This document shows, one piece after another, positions 36,801 through 50,200 of a stretch of DNA of 64,000 nt. Position 1 is the first letter of the stretch. Every line of letters starts with the position of its first letter. The DNA is from Phoronis australis (lineage: Eukaryota > Animalia > Phoronida). The stretch covers positions 1-64,000 of the forward strand of contig NMRA01000075.1 in NCBI GenBank assembly GCA_002633005.1. Reading direction: 5' to 3'. A program made the position numbers and the translations under genes. Below the pieces are notes generated by a model, which saw only the letters and a program-made list of their open reading frames with translations, did no database searches and was not told where the DNA came from.

Positions 36801-39800
36801 AAGCAAATAAAACCAGTAGCTATATTTCGTGACTTCATGTCACATCATCAGGCAATGACTGGAATGAACAAAACCAGAGCAAAATAAACAGTGAAATACA
36901 CGTTACAGCGGGAAGAGGCGCATACAAGCAGAGAGTGTGAATGCAACACACGGTAGAAAGCCCGCAACCCTATCGAAACAGAGCCAGCGTGCGGTAGACA
37001 CGTGTGAGCTGTTCATTCAACGCAGGTTTTTCGTGACTGATCAATAGCCATTCCAATATCTTTAGCCGAAATATGTCATTTTCAACATAGCAAATTATGA
37101 TATTCTCTACTATTTCTTGCCTAGTTATTTTTCGGCCATGTTAGTGTACAAAGTGATCTTGGATGGACCCCCCGCTCGGCAAATGCATGGCCAGCCGTCG
37201 CGATAGATGAATCAGAGCTAAGTTCCGAAGATGTAAGAATCTTGCGAGTTAAGATTGTGTGACCCTATGGTGTTTGCTTGTAATCGAAGAATCACGTGGC
37301 ACGCTGTGAATAATTAGCGGTGATATTATTCGTCCTATTTTCTAATCGAGTCTCGAGTAGGGCCTACAGTTTGGTGGTTACGGCCATGCTGACTATTTTT
37401 AAAGCTGTAAAACTTTACACGGGAAACGCAAAATTCAGCTTTCGTTGAATGGGAAATACTTGGTATATAGAAGCCACAAATTATATTCAAAAGTAAAAAA
37501 TTACCTGTGTCCGTGACTGTGCATGCGTGTAATACAACGCGAAGTTGTTGACAACGATTGGTACCGTGAAAGCAATGACCAGCACGCCAAAGTAGACGCA
37601 CACTGTCCCTATTAAGTATCCGGTCACAGTTTTGGGAACTTTGTCACCATAGCCAACTGTTGTCATGGTTACAAGTGCCCACCAAACACCAAGAGGAATG
37701 CTGGTAAAGTTATCTGAAAGTGAATATTTAAAATGTGCCATTTATTTTATTCGCAAAATTATATCACAAGCTGTTGTTTGCTAACAAGTTTAAGAATTTT
37801 TCGTTTTTCCTGTTACGTTTCAGAGCACTTAAGGGCTGTCCCATTATGCATTTGATGCAGGTATTGAGGTATTGAGGAAACATTCGTCTATGACCCTTCC
37901 CTCAAGAGCCGGATGTAAACGTAAAAACAATACAACCAATGAATTATTCATACATCAAAGTAGCGCCACGGACAATGACTGGTAATCCTTCTGGAAGGAA
38001 CGGCGCCAATTTTAAGGACGATGACTACTAGACTTACCGGAGAGACAGTCGGGATATAGTTGATTTTAAGGACGGTGTTGATGACAACAATAATGAAGGC
38101 GATGGCGAAGATGACAGAGATGACAATGACGATGACGACGACATCGATGATAATGATGATGACGATGATGCGGATCACGATGATGTTGGTGATGATGATG
38201 ATGATGATGATGATGATGACGATGATGACGATGATAATGACGACGATGAGGATGATGATGACGATCACGATGATGATAATGATGATGATGATGATGATGA
38301 AGATGATGATGATGATGAAGATGATGATGATGATGATGATGATGATACGACAAAGGAAATGCACATCGAACACAATAGACCTACCTGCTTCTGCGTAATA
38401 GATGATTGTTGCAAAGAGTAACACGCCAGTGAATAAAAATATCAACATCAACAACAGCTCTTTTGTGCTAACTTTGATAGTGTACACCAAAATCTTGAAG
38501 GCTGTGTAGTGTTTCATAAGTTTGAAGATTCTTAACACTCGCACGATACGCATTATCATGACCACTTTCAGGAAAATATAGGGCGAATGAATTTGGTCTG
38601 TGGCGCGCAAGATCACAGTACAGTAGTGCGGTATCAAGCAGACGATATCAATCACGTTCAACGGCTGTTTCAGGAACTTGATTTTATCTGGACAGAAAAT
38701 TATCCTGGCGATTACCTCTACCGAAAAAAATACAATGCACACGTAGTCCATGTGAATAATGGCGGGATGTGACACGAAATTGAGCACATCGTCTGCCGAT
38801 ATTTTGGAGCCATTTGCTTTGCAACAGCAGTCGACTGTGCCTGGGTCAGTGGCTTGGACATACGTTCCATTTACAAGTTCAACTACTTGAAAAAAGTAGT
38901 GTGTCTCCATGATGAATAAGGCAATCGACATCGCAACGAATATGAAGGACACAATTGTGATGGCCTGAAAAAGAGAGAAGATACAACGACAATCACAAGA
39001 CATGTGCGATTTGAAAACACTCCTTTCTTGAATGCTGGATTAAGGTTTTTCTGTACCCAAAGTTATACGAAATTTGGGGACCCCATCCCGGAAAATTCAT
39101 TTCAATTTTTACCGACCTACGCATTTAAAGTTCCTCTCTAAAACGATTTTAACCACCGGCCAAGGCGTTTCATCCAAGTACATGTACCTCAACAAGGCGG
39201 TGTCCATAATTTGAGCAGAGCCCAAAGCTTTCATGCTTTGACTATCCTCCTCTTACCCTGCAACAGCCACTGAATAGTTTCATAAGGAAAACAGAAACTG
39301 GGCCTGTATACATTGTCACGGCCACGACGGTGGGAGAACCGGTCTCCACCTCAGCCTAGAAATTTCAGATTTTACTTTAAAAGTGTAGTCTTTGGCTTGT
39401 TGAACGAGGAACAGTAGCAGTGATATTTCCTGGAATGTTCTTCCATGCGTTAACTTCGCATACTTTGCTTCAGAAGGCTTCAGTTAGGATGATTACTACT
39501 TAAATGGTAATCTACTAATTTGGTCAACAATAGGTTTTTTCAAATTTTCATTTTCATAGGCACATTTGGCCCTCCCCCGCTTTTACCGTATGAAAAATGA
39601 AATTTTCACGTTCTTTATCAAACGTGAAAAATGCGCTTGCCTTGGCCATTCTAGATGTCGCTGGATACTCCAAAAGCCGCCAAACTTTCTTCTGAAAGAT
39701 CTTCCACTGGGAATCATTTTCGCTTATTGCTTCCTCCTCAGGAACCATGAAGTTGTCGTCTAAAGCCGCTAGGGTGTCTTTGTGTGACCTGTACTTGCTG

Positions 39801-41244
39801 TATACTCCCCAGCAGCAGGGTTCTATGTCCATCTCCTCGAGACCCCAGTAGATTAGTTCCTGAAATGAAGAAGAGGGTATACACTGTATAAGACGAGCTG
39901 GCCGCATCCGTTATTAGAGTCTTCCAAAAGTACATTGTAGACCTTTGCATCACAGGGTAGCGATTTATTGGATGCCTCAAAGCGGGTGTCACATCATTGA
40001 CTATGCGAGGAAGGTCAGGAGGGCTCTTTCCCCCAAGTGCAAACACAGAAGGGGCTATTACACGCCGTCAGACCTCCGATGCCTAAACAGTGCACAAAAG
40101 CGTAACAAAGATAACCGTGTTGACAACACAGTCACTTGCTACATTGAGAATGATGAACACATGTTACGAACATTAGAGTCGCTTCTAATAATGTTTGAAA
40201 AAAACTAGTTTGAATGAGCATCTAACTTGAACTCGAATTCGAAGGACCCTATCATTATTTAGGTGATCATTGCAATATGATGCACAGCAAAGCGTGTATA
40301 AATATATGTGGGTATTTATATCGTCATAGTTGCGTATGACAGTTTCACGCGTTCTATTGTATTTGTCGTTTCTGATGTGCGTTTCACTGTGAACTAGTAG
40401 TAAATACTAGCCTGAAGATGAGATGTGTGTCACAAAATATCGCTTTGTAAATTATGTTACCTACTGATGTCAGATGGATTTTCATTGCACTGTTGTGATG
40501 TTAACACAAGATCTCTATTTAGAAAGATTACTGCCAAATTATAATATAAATAGGTAAATAAAACAACAAGAATGGATCAACTGAAATTTTTGGATGTAAT
40601 AACTTCCTTTGTCAACAGAAACAGAAATAAAGTAAAATCAAACACTATGTGACAATTGACATTTAAGATATGGTGTAATGAATATGATACATTTTGGCGT
40701 AAAAAATTCAATGATATATTTTAAGAAGTTTTTATGTTCAATCTATGAGGTTCTAGTGTATTGAGCTTGTCTATCCAATATTGTTCTCTTTTGAGTCTGT
40801 GAGGGGTACTGGGGTGTTGGAGTTTTTCTACTATTTGTACAGAAAGATCTTATGGTTTTTGGAATTGAAATGATTACCTATAGTATCAGAAATGTTTTTA
40901 TGTATAACATTAAATCTATGATGCCAAATTATAGTGATACATGAATACACATATGGATGTATATTTCACTGAAGACGCGACTTTGTTCTGTTTTTACGAG
41001 TTTAATTTCAGTTTTTTTCAAACTCTCTAAATAGAGATCTTGTGTTTGCAGTTCAATAAAAACCAAATCGACATCAGAAGGTAACATAATTTACAAAGAG
41101 ATATTTCGAGACACATATCTCATCTTCAGGCTACTATTTACAATTAGTTCACAATGAAACGCACATCAGAAATGACAAATGCAATATAACACGTGAAGTT
41201 GGCATGCGCAACTATGAAGATGTAAACACACACACAAACACACN

Positions 41245-41280
<36 letters not shown>

Positions 41281-44200
41281 ACACACACACACGTTACTAC
41301 CAAATTATAGTATATTATGTCTGTATACATTTGTATATTTGTCATTTTTGACCCCCAGATATAATGCTTTCTAGCACATTCTGGGCTCAACTTTTGTTAT
41401 TCGTAGATTGTTTGTTTTTTGTAATAAACATTACAAAAACTCCTGATTGAGATCAGTTTCGTGCCTGCCCGGGTCGCCACCAGTCTTGCCCACAACCGAC
41501 ACCAGTTTCGCCACACAGTTTCGCATCCCCCGTCGGTATGAAGTTTCGAAATCTCTTAGAGCAAAGGGATACTAAACACAGTATACATTTTTATTATCAG
41601 AAATACGAAGGCGCTGGTCGGCTCAGTTTCATGAATAGGTGGCCCTTCTGCAGCTGGGGTTTTCAGGGAATAACCACACCCTACTACGGACTTTCAGGTG
41701 AAAATTAGATTTTCTTTACGGATACGTTGCTTTTATTGCAATTGTCAAAATGTACGTTTTGTGACAGCTGCTCGCCCATATCCAATAGTTACACAATGAG
41801 GTGGACGAAAGCTATTTAATTTTGTGAGAATAACCAAAAAGGTAACTATACTTGGCATCATTTAACAGGCTGCGAATCGCTACTTAATAACTGCAAACTG
41901 GTGTTATTTTTTCCTAATTTTCAAAAGCCTCAGAAAAGATTTCGAGTTAGTTCTTAACGCAGTGGCTTGTCCATTTATCTATAGTCGTAGTCTCACTATT
42001 AACTAGTAGCGTGGGGTTGTCCTTGACTAGGCAGGTGACGAAACTACGAACTCCACCCGGTCTACAGGAAGTAGCGTACCCCGCGGCCCGTCGACATCAC
42101 TACAGTCACAAACTGGTTTGAGCTGAGTAAAAAGTATTACGTCTACCTCTTTAGCTGATATCGGGGGTTTTGTGTTTGTTTTTGAAAAGATATTAAAATA
42201 CCACAACTCTGCCTCAATAAAAAACAACCAGAATCAGATATGCTTGGTTTGAACGTTGTAGGTTCATAAAAACAACATTCGATAAGGCTCCATTCACTTG
42301 CAACTGGGTAATCAGCCACTGAAAATAGAAAAGTGGCACTTTTAACAATTCTTTTGGAGAAAAACAAATGAAAAATTACTCTATTACATTTTTATAATGC
42401 TATTACAATAAACGGACAATTATAAATGAACGAAGAAAAAATTCACATGCACACGCGCACGTCAACCTCCCTCTAGGAACAGAGTAATCTATACTTGTGT
42501 CAAACTCAATATATATGTACACTAAAATTCTCCCATTTTTCAGCAACCACTGTTACAAGGTTCTTACAAGCAGCTGTTCTTGAATGTATATGACGAAGTT
42601 GTGAACATAAGGTACAATTTTGTTACATCTCTCCCCATAAATGTATTGTTTCACTAGTGCTAATAATATCATTTTGTTGAATAGAAAATATTGTGTCTCG
42701 TGAAGTTCAAGTATAACAAGCTTGTAGGAAATTTGGATGTGACAATTTTGAAATAATCTTCTCAGCTCCTTCCAAAAATTCTCTACAGACCTGCATTCCC
42801 AAAAAATGCGTGACAATGTTCTCGGAACTTAATGACAAAAGAAAAATAAATCGGGTTTACAAACCTGGATATTTACTAAAACAGCATGTGTCGTGTTCCT
42901 GGTTTGTTTCAACAACTCGTTGTAAATATCTATTCTCCAATGTCAACAAAACCTACACTAAACAGATAAAATTGCCTTCATTACGGCTCAGTACTAAACT
43001 CAGTTTGGTAAATTGATACGACAAGCGAACTTCATTGAACAGGCATTCTGCTGTGATCGATACCCCACTGGTGCCGTCTCGTCAAATAGTAAATATTAAA
43101 CATGATGAGATATTTATTTAATCGATTTTAAACAAGTTGCGTCAGTTTTATCAAATACACAAGAAACGAAAACACGAAGTCCGCATTTGTTAGGCTCTAT
43201 ACGTTGCGTGTAGTTGCAAGTTGAAATGACAACATTCTGCTCTCAAATAGAGTTCCGTGAATCTGGAAACTTACGAAAGTAATTTTTCACTTGACAGGAT
43301 GTGTTCTAACGTTTAAACGCAGATTTCCAAGGCTTAAAAAGAACCATTGGTGAGGGGCAAACGATTCATCGTTAAGTACCAAAGAACAGGTCTCAAAATG
43401 AGTCGGGCGCAGATTGTAACCTATGCTTTTTTTACCGAAGCAAACTGTACTTCCGCCATTCTCAAGATTTATTTTGAATTGACTCGCCCTCAAAACCATT
43501 AGCAGTAAAACAACGAGTGATACAGAAAAACATATACCAGTATTCAGCGTCAAGTATACCATGATAATGTTTGAGCAAAACATTGTATTACTTAAACGAC
43601 TGATCAGTACTAAATCCCGGGGATATTTTTCATTTCTTATGAGGCAATGACAATCATTCTCCAGCATACAAAAATCTCAGAATCAGTTTGTGGTGAAATT
43701 TGACATTGTCTACACCGTTGCTGGCCTGGAAAACATAAGTATTGCCACACATTAAAACTTTCGCAAAATATCTGTTTTTTAACCTTTGTCTTAGTTCATT
43801 CAACATGATCTCCGATGCATTGAAATTTGCATTCGCTCGAAAAAGGCGCTGTCAGATCACGTTGGTCACGGTACATAAATGGAATTTCGCTGTCAACCTT
43901 ATGTTAACACAGACGTTCCTTTATAGGTTTTAAAAGACTTGAATGCATTCGACTCGTTGAAAACTAATAAGTCCGTGTAACGGCTACCCAACCATGACAA
44001 TCGATTCAGGAAAAGTGTGGTGGCGAATTACTTGTCTTCGTATATGTCGCGAAGACAAGACTGACACGCAATGACGACGTCTACGCCAGGGCATTATGTA
44101 TTTGCTTTCATAAATCAAGTGTTTGCTTTTATTATTTATTGTACTACTTGCCCTTGTTGTCGGCACTACACAAATGTACAAGCATCTTGAGTCGTTCTAA

Positions 44201-47200
44201 CAGGCCATAAATGAATGTCATTTTAACTGACGTTTTGCACAAACTAGCTAGTCTTGCAGTCGCTCCCAGTCAAGGGCGAGGTTCGATACTCTATCACCTG
44301 TCATTTCTGTTTTTATATCGTTTTATATTTTTTTTCTTTTTTTGTAAATCTCAACTACACACCTTATTCATCACAGTTGCCATTTTAAAAGTGAGCCTCT
44401 TTTCAGGTTTTAAAAATAATGTATTCTGCGCTTAATCACAACGCAACGCGCGATTTTTTCGCGTGCCTCGTTATATTTATTTCTCAAATGCATTGTTTTT
44501 TAAACCTAAAAAGAGGCTCACTATTAAAATGGCGACTGCGTGAATAAGATCTCTACATTTACGCGTAGTCTAAATGTTATTTTTTAACAACAATAACAAA
44601 AATAATACAGCAGAAACAACAAAAACGATGGAGACATCGACAACGTTGGTGACGATTTTCAATTTTTTTCCCAAATTGCCATTTTAGGTGGAATCAATGC
44701 CTCTTTCCGTAATGCTTGTAAATAGCTAGCCAGCCAGCTAGCTGTGTGAAGACTATCGTATACAGCTTTGTACCAAGGCTAGTAAATAGCATGATGCCCG
44801 AGTTATAACAACCTAAGGATGTACTCCCTGAAGAAATAGTATTGAAATAAACCAAATTTGTGTATCGTTCACATTTTTGATGAAAAATACTGAGCAAAAA
44901 GAAGTCATGAACTTTGCTAAAAGGATCACCTCAACCAAAGCACTCTTTATAGTAAAAACAAAAATCTATGCATTACTTGAAATGCGGGATTTTCGCAAAG
45001 ACTGCATATATTGCAAATTTCAGTTACCTTTTGGTGGCTCTTTCTTAGCATTTAATTACAGGAAATTTTAAATCGACTGAAAGCTAAATTCTGGATCAGA
45101 TGGTATAAAAGCTATACATCACATTGTTATGCAACAGTCATTCTTAAGCTGCGGATAAATTTTAAGTTTCTGTAATTCAGTTTTCTAAAACAAACACACT
45201 AATCGTTTTCTTGTAATTTGCATCAATGTTGAAACTGGTTGCAGTAAAACATCTAGAGTAGCCAATATGAAGAACCGACATTTTGAAAGACCCGCTCTCT
45301 GGTGCCATGGTGCATCTTGGGATAGACCCGAGTAACCACTTTGGATTGTCCTGGATGTAAATGTTGGCTTGTAAACGTAGTGGTGGGAATTGACGACGGA
45401 TTTACCTTGTTGTGTGCCTGGATGTCTTAACTACAACCAGAAACAGCGGCATCTGATCTATTACGAGTTCCCGAAAAATCAAGAGGTAAGAAAGTTATGA
45501 ATGACATACAGTGGCAGAACTGGTTATAAGGGCAAGTTTAGTGAGTTCGTGTTGTGTATAAACTTGGGTCTTTCAAGTTGACTAATTTTCTAGAGAACAA
45601 CATCACTTAAAAGCCCGTAAAATATGTTAAGAGCTGTAGTAGCATAACTAGAAAATTTATATGGAAGTACAAAGTAGCGTGAAAAGGGTTCGAAAACTGT
45701 AATACTAGCATTATTTGCCTTTCAACAAGTTCAAGTTTGACACCCCCCCCCCCTCACCCACCCCCGTGGTTACATTTCTACAGAGCAGCCAACGTTTGAG
45801 CTGTGTAACAGTGCAAACTTCAAAGGGCTTGTTTGCTTCAACTACTTCCTGACATGCGCACTACGTTTCTGTATACGGACCGATGCTGAAACTCGCTATG
45901 AGTGGTTTGAAGCAATACAACCCAGCTAGCTTCTGAACACCATAATTACTGTGCGCGTGTAAGCGCAGAGTACTGTTGTTCCAGGGTTTTCTTCAATTTT
46001 ATTCTTCTTATTACTCTGCGCGTGTAAGCGCAGAGTACTGTTGTTCCTGGGTTTTCTTCAAATTTATTCTTATTCTTATTCTTCTTCTTATTCTTCTTCC
46101 GACCAACTTTGAGGCTTAATAACTCCAAATTGGGTGCAGGTACGGTCTTTAAATTCAGCATATGACTTTTGACAGTATATAAATTTTGATTGGTTATATA
46201 ATCATATTCCATATTGCACCGGAAGAGGTCGTTTGGTGCAAAGGTCATATAATTTTCAAAATGCTACTCCTCCTTCAGTTTTAAAGCTATCTTTTTCAAA
46301 TTCGGTGCACAGGTATAAGTCAACATGACAATTTAAAAAATTACTTTTCTAAGTAATCGGGTCATCCAATCAGGTGAAATAGGTCAAAGGTCATTAGGTG
46401 CAAACTAAAATTTTGAGCTAGACACTTCAAATTGACAGGTCTGATTGCCACAGGTAAATCAAATCGGAATCCAAAGTTTCAGGTCATTTAGTGCAAACAT
46501 GGGGTCATTAGGTGCATTTTTCTTCTGAAAATTTGACCTTTTCAATCAGCAAGTATTCTGATGTGTCAACCGTTAGACATCTGTGATTCTCAGCGTTAAA
46601 CACATTTTCCATGGGGTTTGCAATAATTCTCCTAAAGATGCTTAAAATGCACCGGATAAGGTCAATTAGTGCAAAGGTCATGTAACGTTCAAAATGTTAT
46701 ATCTCTTACGTTTTTCAAGGAATTCTTTTCAATTTCAGCACACTGGTGTAAGTCAACATGCCATGTGAATACCCTACTTTACTTCGCAATAGGCCTAACC
46801 AATCAGAGAAAATAGGTCAAAGGTAATTGAGTGCAAACTAAAATTTTGAGCTAGAGACTTCAGAATTACGTATCTGTTTACTAAGTGCGATTGAGTTTGA
46901 ATTCTAAATTTTCAGGTCATTTGGTGCTCCCATGGGGTCATTAGATGAATTTTTTTCTGAAAGTTTGACCACTTCATTCATCTTGTATTCTGAAGTGCTT
47001 AAAGTAAAACATCCTGTGATTATTAGCATTAACAACACTTTTAATCGAGTTAACAATTACTCCCTCATCGGGGCTCATAATGCACTGGAAGAGGTCAATT
47101 AGTGGAAAGGTCATCAAAAAATTAATATGTAATTTCTCCTACAATTTTAAAGAATTCCTTTTCATATTGGTAAACGGGTTGCTGTCAGTAACTTCCTATA

Positions 47201-50200
47201 ATAATTCCAGTAATACGCACGCGCAGAGTCCGTTATTGTCACGCCGTGACAATAATCTTTCTAGTTCATGTTGTAATTGGGGCGCTCAGGGATCTACCAA
47301 GTACTGAGAAGCGCACTATGGAATTTCTCATTGTTGCCAACTAAAGGTTTCAAGGGCACAAATTAGATCTGGCAAGGTAAAACTATCAGACCAGGTCAGT
47401 GCGGAGGGTGACCGGGAAAAAAGTTTAAAGAAGAATTTACCCAACCATGAAACATTGTGAACGGAGGAAGAGGATGGCGTCACCGGAAATCAAGTTAGAA
47501 GCAAAATATGAGTACAAAGCCCCTAAATCCAGAAGTCACTTCTCATCTGAGTTGTCACCATGGTTTTACTCCCGCAGTGTGTCGTGTGCACTTCTTGCCG
47601 ATGCTGGCCTGCTTCCCCGCGACCTCACGCTACGCCTCTGCTGAGGAATCATTGTCCGAAAATGTAGTTTCTTTTGCAATTTTTGGCAGTTGCTTTTCGA
47701 GTCCTCCTGTATGGCCTGCTCACAAAATGAAAGAGTACCCATAATTTTATTTCTGCCTACCTGTGAGGGTACATTACTTCCAATGCAATTCTCACTCGTT
47801 GATATGCCGGAATAATGACATTGCTTTTCATTACAATGAAGTCCTTTTAATGATTATCGGACTTTCCCATGGGTTACGAAATCATTAGCAGATTAAAACG
47901 TTTATAATTGTATTGAATGATATTCATCTCCTGACTCAGTTACTCAATTACAAAACTAATATATCTCTGAAGTATTGTAGGCTGGAGCTCTGGATTTTGA
48001 TTTTCTAAAAGTAATCAAGTACTTTTTCCAATAATGTTTTAATGTGCTATTTGATTTAACATTTGTAGATTGGTATAATGTGGCCCTACGAAAATGCATT
48101 TTACTGGGGCATAAAAACAACAGTGAGATGATTCAGCCATTACATCATGGTTTCAGGGTCAAAATAGAGTTTGACCTCCATTAAATTCAGCTGAAACCAG
48201 ATTAAGAAAAGTGTGACGCTAGCCACGAAAGGGCAATGTTAGAGAAAAATCGAGAATTACTTATTTTGCGGCAATTTACATACAATCTTTTCTATATTTA
48301 GTTTAAGCCTGAGAAATTATGGAACTGATCTGGCAGGTCGAAAGGCCATATCGACAAGACTTTACAGTTAGCTAAATATGTACTAATTTATAGGACAAGG
48401 TTTCTCTCAACAAAAGCATTTACTTACTGAGAGAAAAAAATCCGCAAAATTTTATTTTTGAATTTATACCAATCTAACATTGATTAGGTCACATCATTAT
48501 TCGCTGATACATTTTTTTCTTAATCGTCGTTTTATGTAACCTGGTATTTTTTCATAAAAAATCATATAAGTTTTTTTTGATGGTCCCTCATGAAAAAGTG
48601 GAACATTTTAAAAGCAATTCCTAAAAGCCTTTTTGACTTTTTAGAATAGTACATGAAACCTGAAATTTTTATGTCAATCTGATGAGCCATTACTTTTTCC
48701 GACGTTGGCCAAATTTAGACATGCATCTAGGGTACTAAATTACCTTAAAGACTCATTTGAACTGTCTAGACCCTGAGTTATCTGAATAATATTGCCAAAA
48801 GAAAACATTTCACTGTTCCCAATGTTGACACCCTTAAAGGAGAATGCCACCCGATTTAATTATTCTTTCTTACCGTTTTAATCGGTCCATATCCACATCG
48901 CCACTTATACGGTCGACCTCACCCTTCCGAGAGGTGTCGCGTTAACCTGTGAGGAAGGTGCGAAACGACGCAGCGACGTCAGTGGTTCGTCTGCAGAGTG
49001 AATACCGCTATATTGTGGTGCATCGTTCCCGCTTGTCCGAACTATGAAGCTGCGAAGAAAGCAGGTATATCGTTTTTTCGACTTCCTCGAGAGCCAGAAA
49101 TGCTTAGGAAGTGGCTCGCGGTAGTGAAGAATGAAAAGTACGCTGTTAATAGCAAATACAGGTATCTCCGTGTCTGTGGCCGGCATTTCGTCGACATTGA
49201 TTTCTCTGACGAATTCCGGCTTACCAAAGAACTATCCATACGTTCCGTTGCCTGTGCATGTTCACGGCTCCTCTCTAGTATTTTTTGATCAGCGTATTCC
49301 GGTTCGAACTGATAGCCTGTGAAACCTAACGATCCGACCCGTGAAGTCTTCGTCGGATGAGCCCTTGACTAAGTCGGGATTGGCGCCGAGCGAGTTGCCA
49401 TGTAGACGTTTATTATTCTGCGTTCTGTTTCAAAATGAATTATTCTCACCCTAACCAATGCGTATAAAACCGAAACAAAGTCTGTCTCATTAGATACAAT
49501 TTGTAATGCCTTTGCAGCATTCGTAAGTGCAAATGTTGAAAAGCCAGCAATGAATAAACCACTGCGTTACCGGCTTTTGATGCCGGCAATAAAGGTAATA
49601 GACCGGGCACCGAGGTAGTGTGAGCGCATGCTAATTCAGTATTTGCTGACAGAAAGCTGTTGTGAAACAATTACTCGATTTTATATGCTATGGTCACATG
49701 TTCGGGGAATCTTAATTTAGAAATACAAATACATTATTCAAATCATTGTTACTGTACATCCTTTGCCCTGACGGTCTCTGGAAGGGGAACCCGACTTCGC
49801 GGCCCCCGACAAGTAAGTAGATTGTCAGTTTCGTGGTTAATTCACATAAATAGTTACATGCAAATTATTTCTTTGGCTCACTGTTATATTTTTTCGTGAC
49901 TGGAGGTTTAGTTTACAACTCAATCTGGTTTATGTTCGTGTTAGTCCCGGAGGCCGCGACCGGCCTGGGTTCCAAGCCACTGGCCGGGATAACGAGTCAG
50001 TCCGGCCGCGACGGGCCTCGATCGGGTTCCGAGCCACTGGCTGGCCGGGATAACAAGCGTTTTGTGTGTTTAGAACTAAAAAATCAAAAGTCTTAACAAC
50101 ACAGATCTAGGTTCTCCTGTCTGTATTTCACGGAAGAATACTTATTATTTATCTCCGAACAGACCCCAAACTCCTGCTACGGACCTTGGTAAATTGGCCT

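Noticed and set aside
38060-38398. Poly-Met and poly-His proteins
   Set aside because: Translations of the (GAT)n microsatellite.
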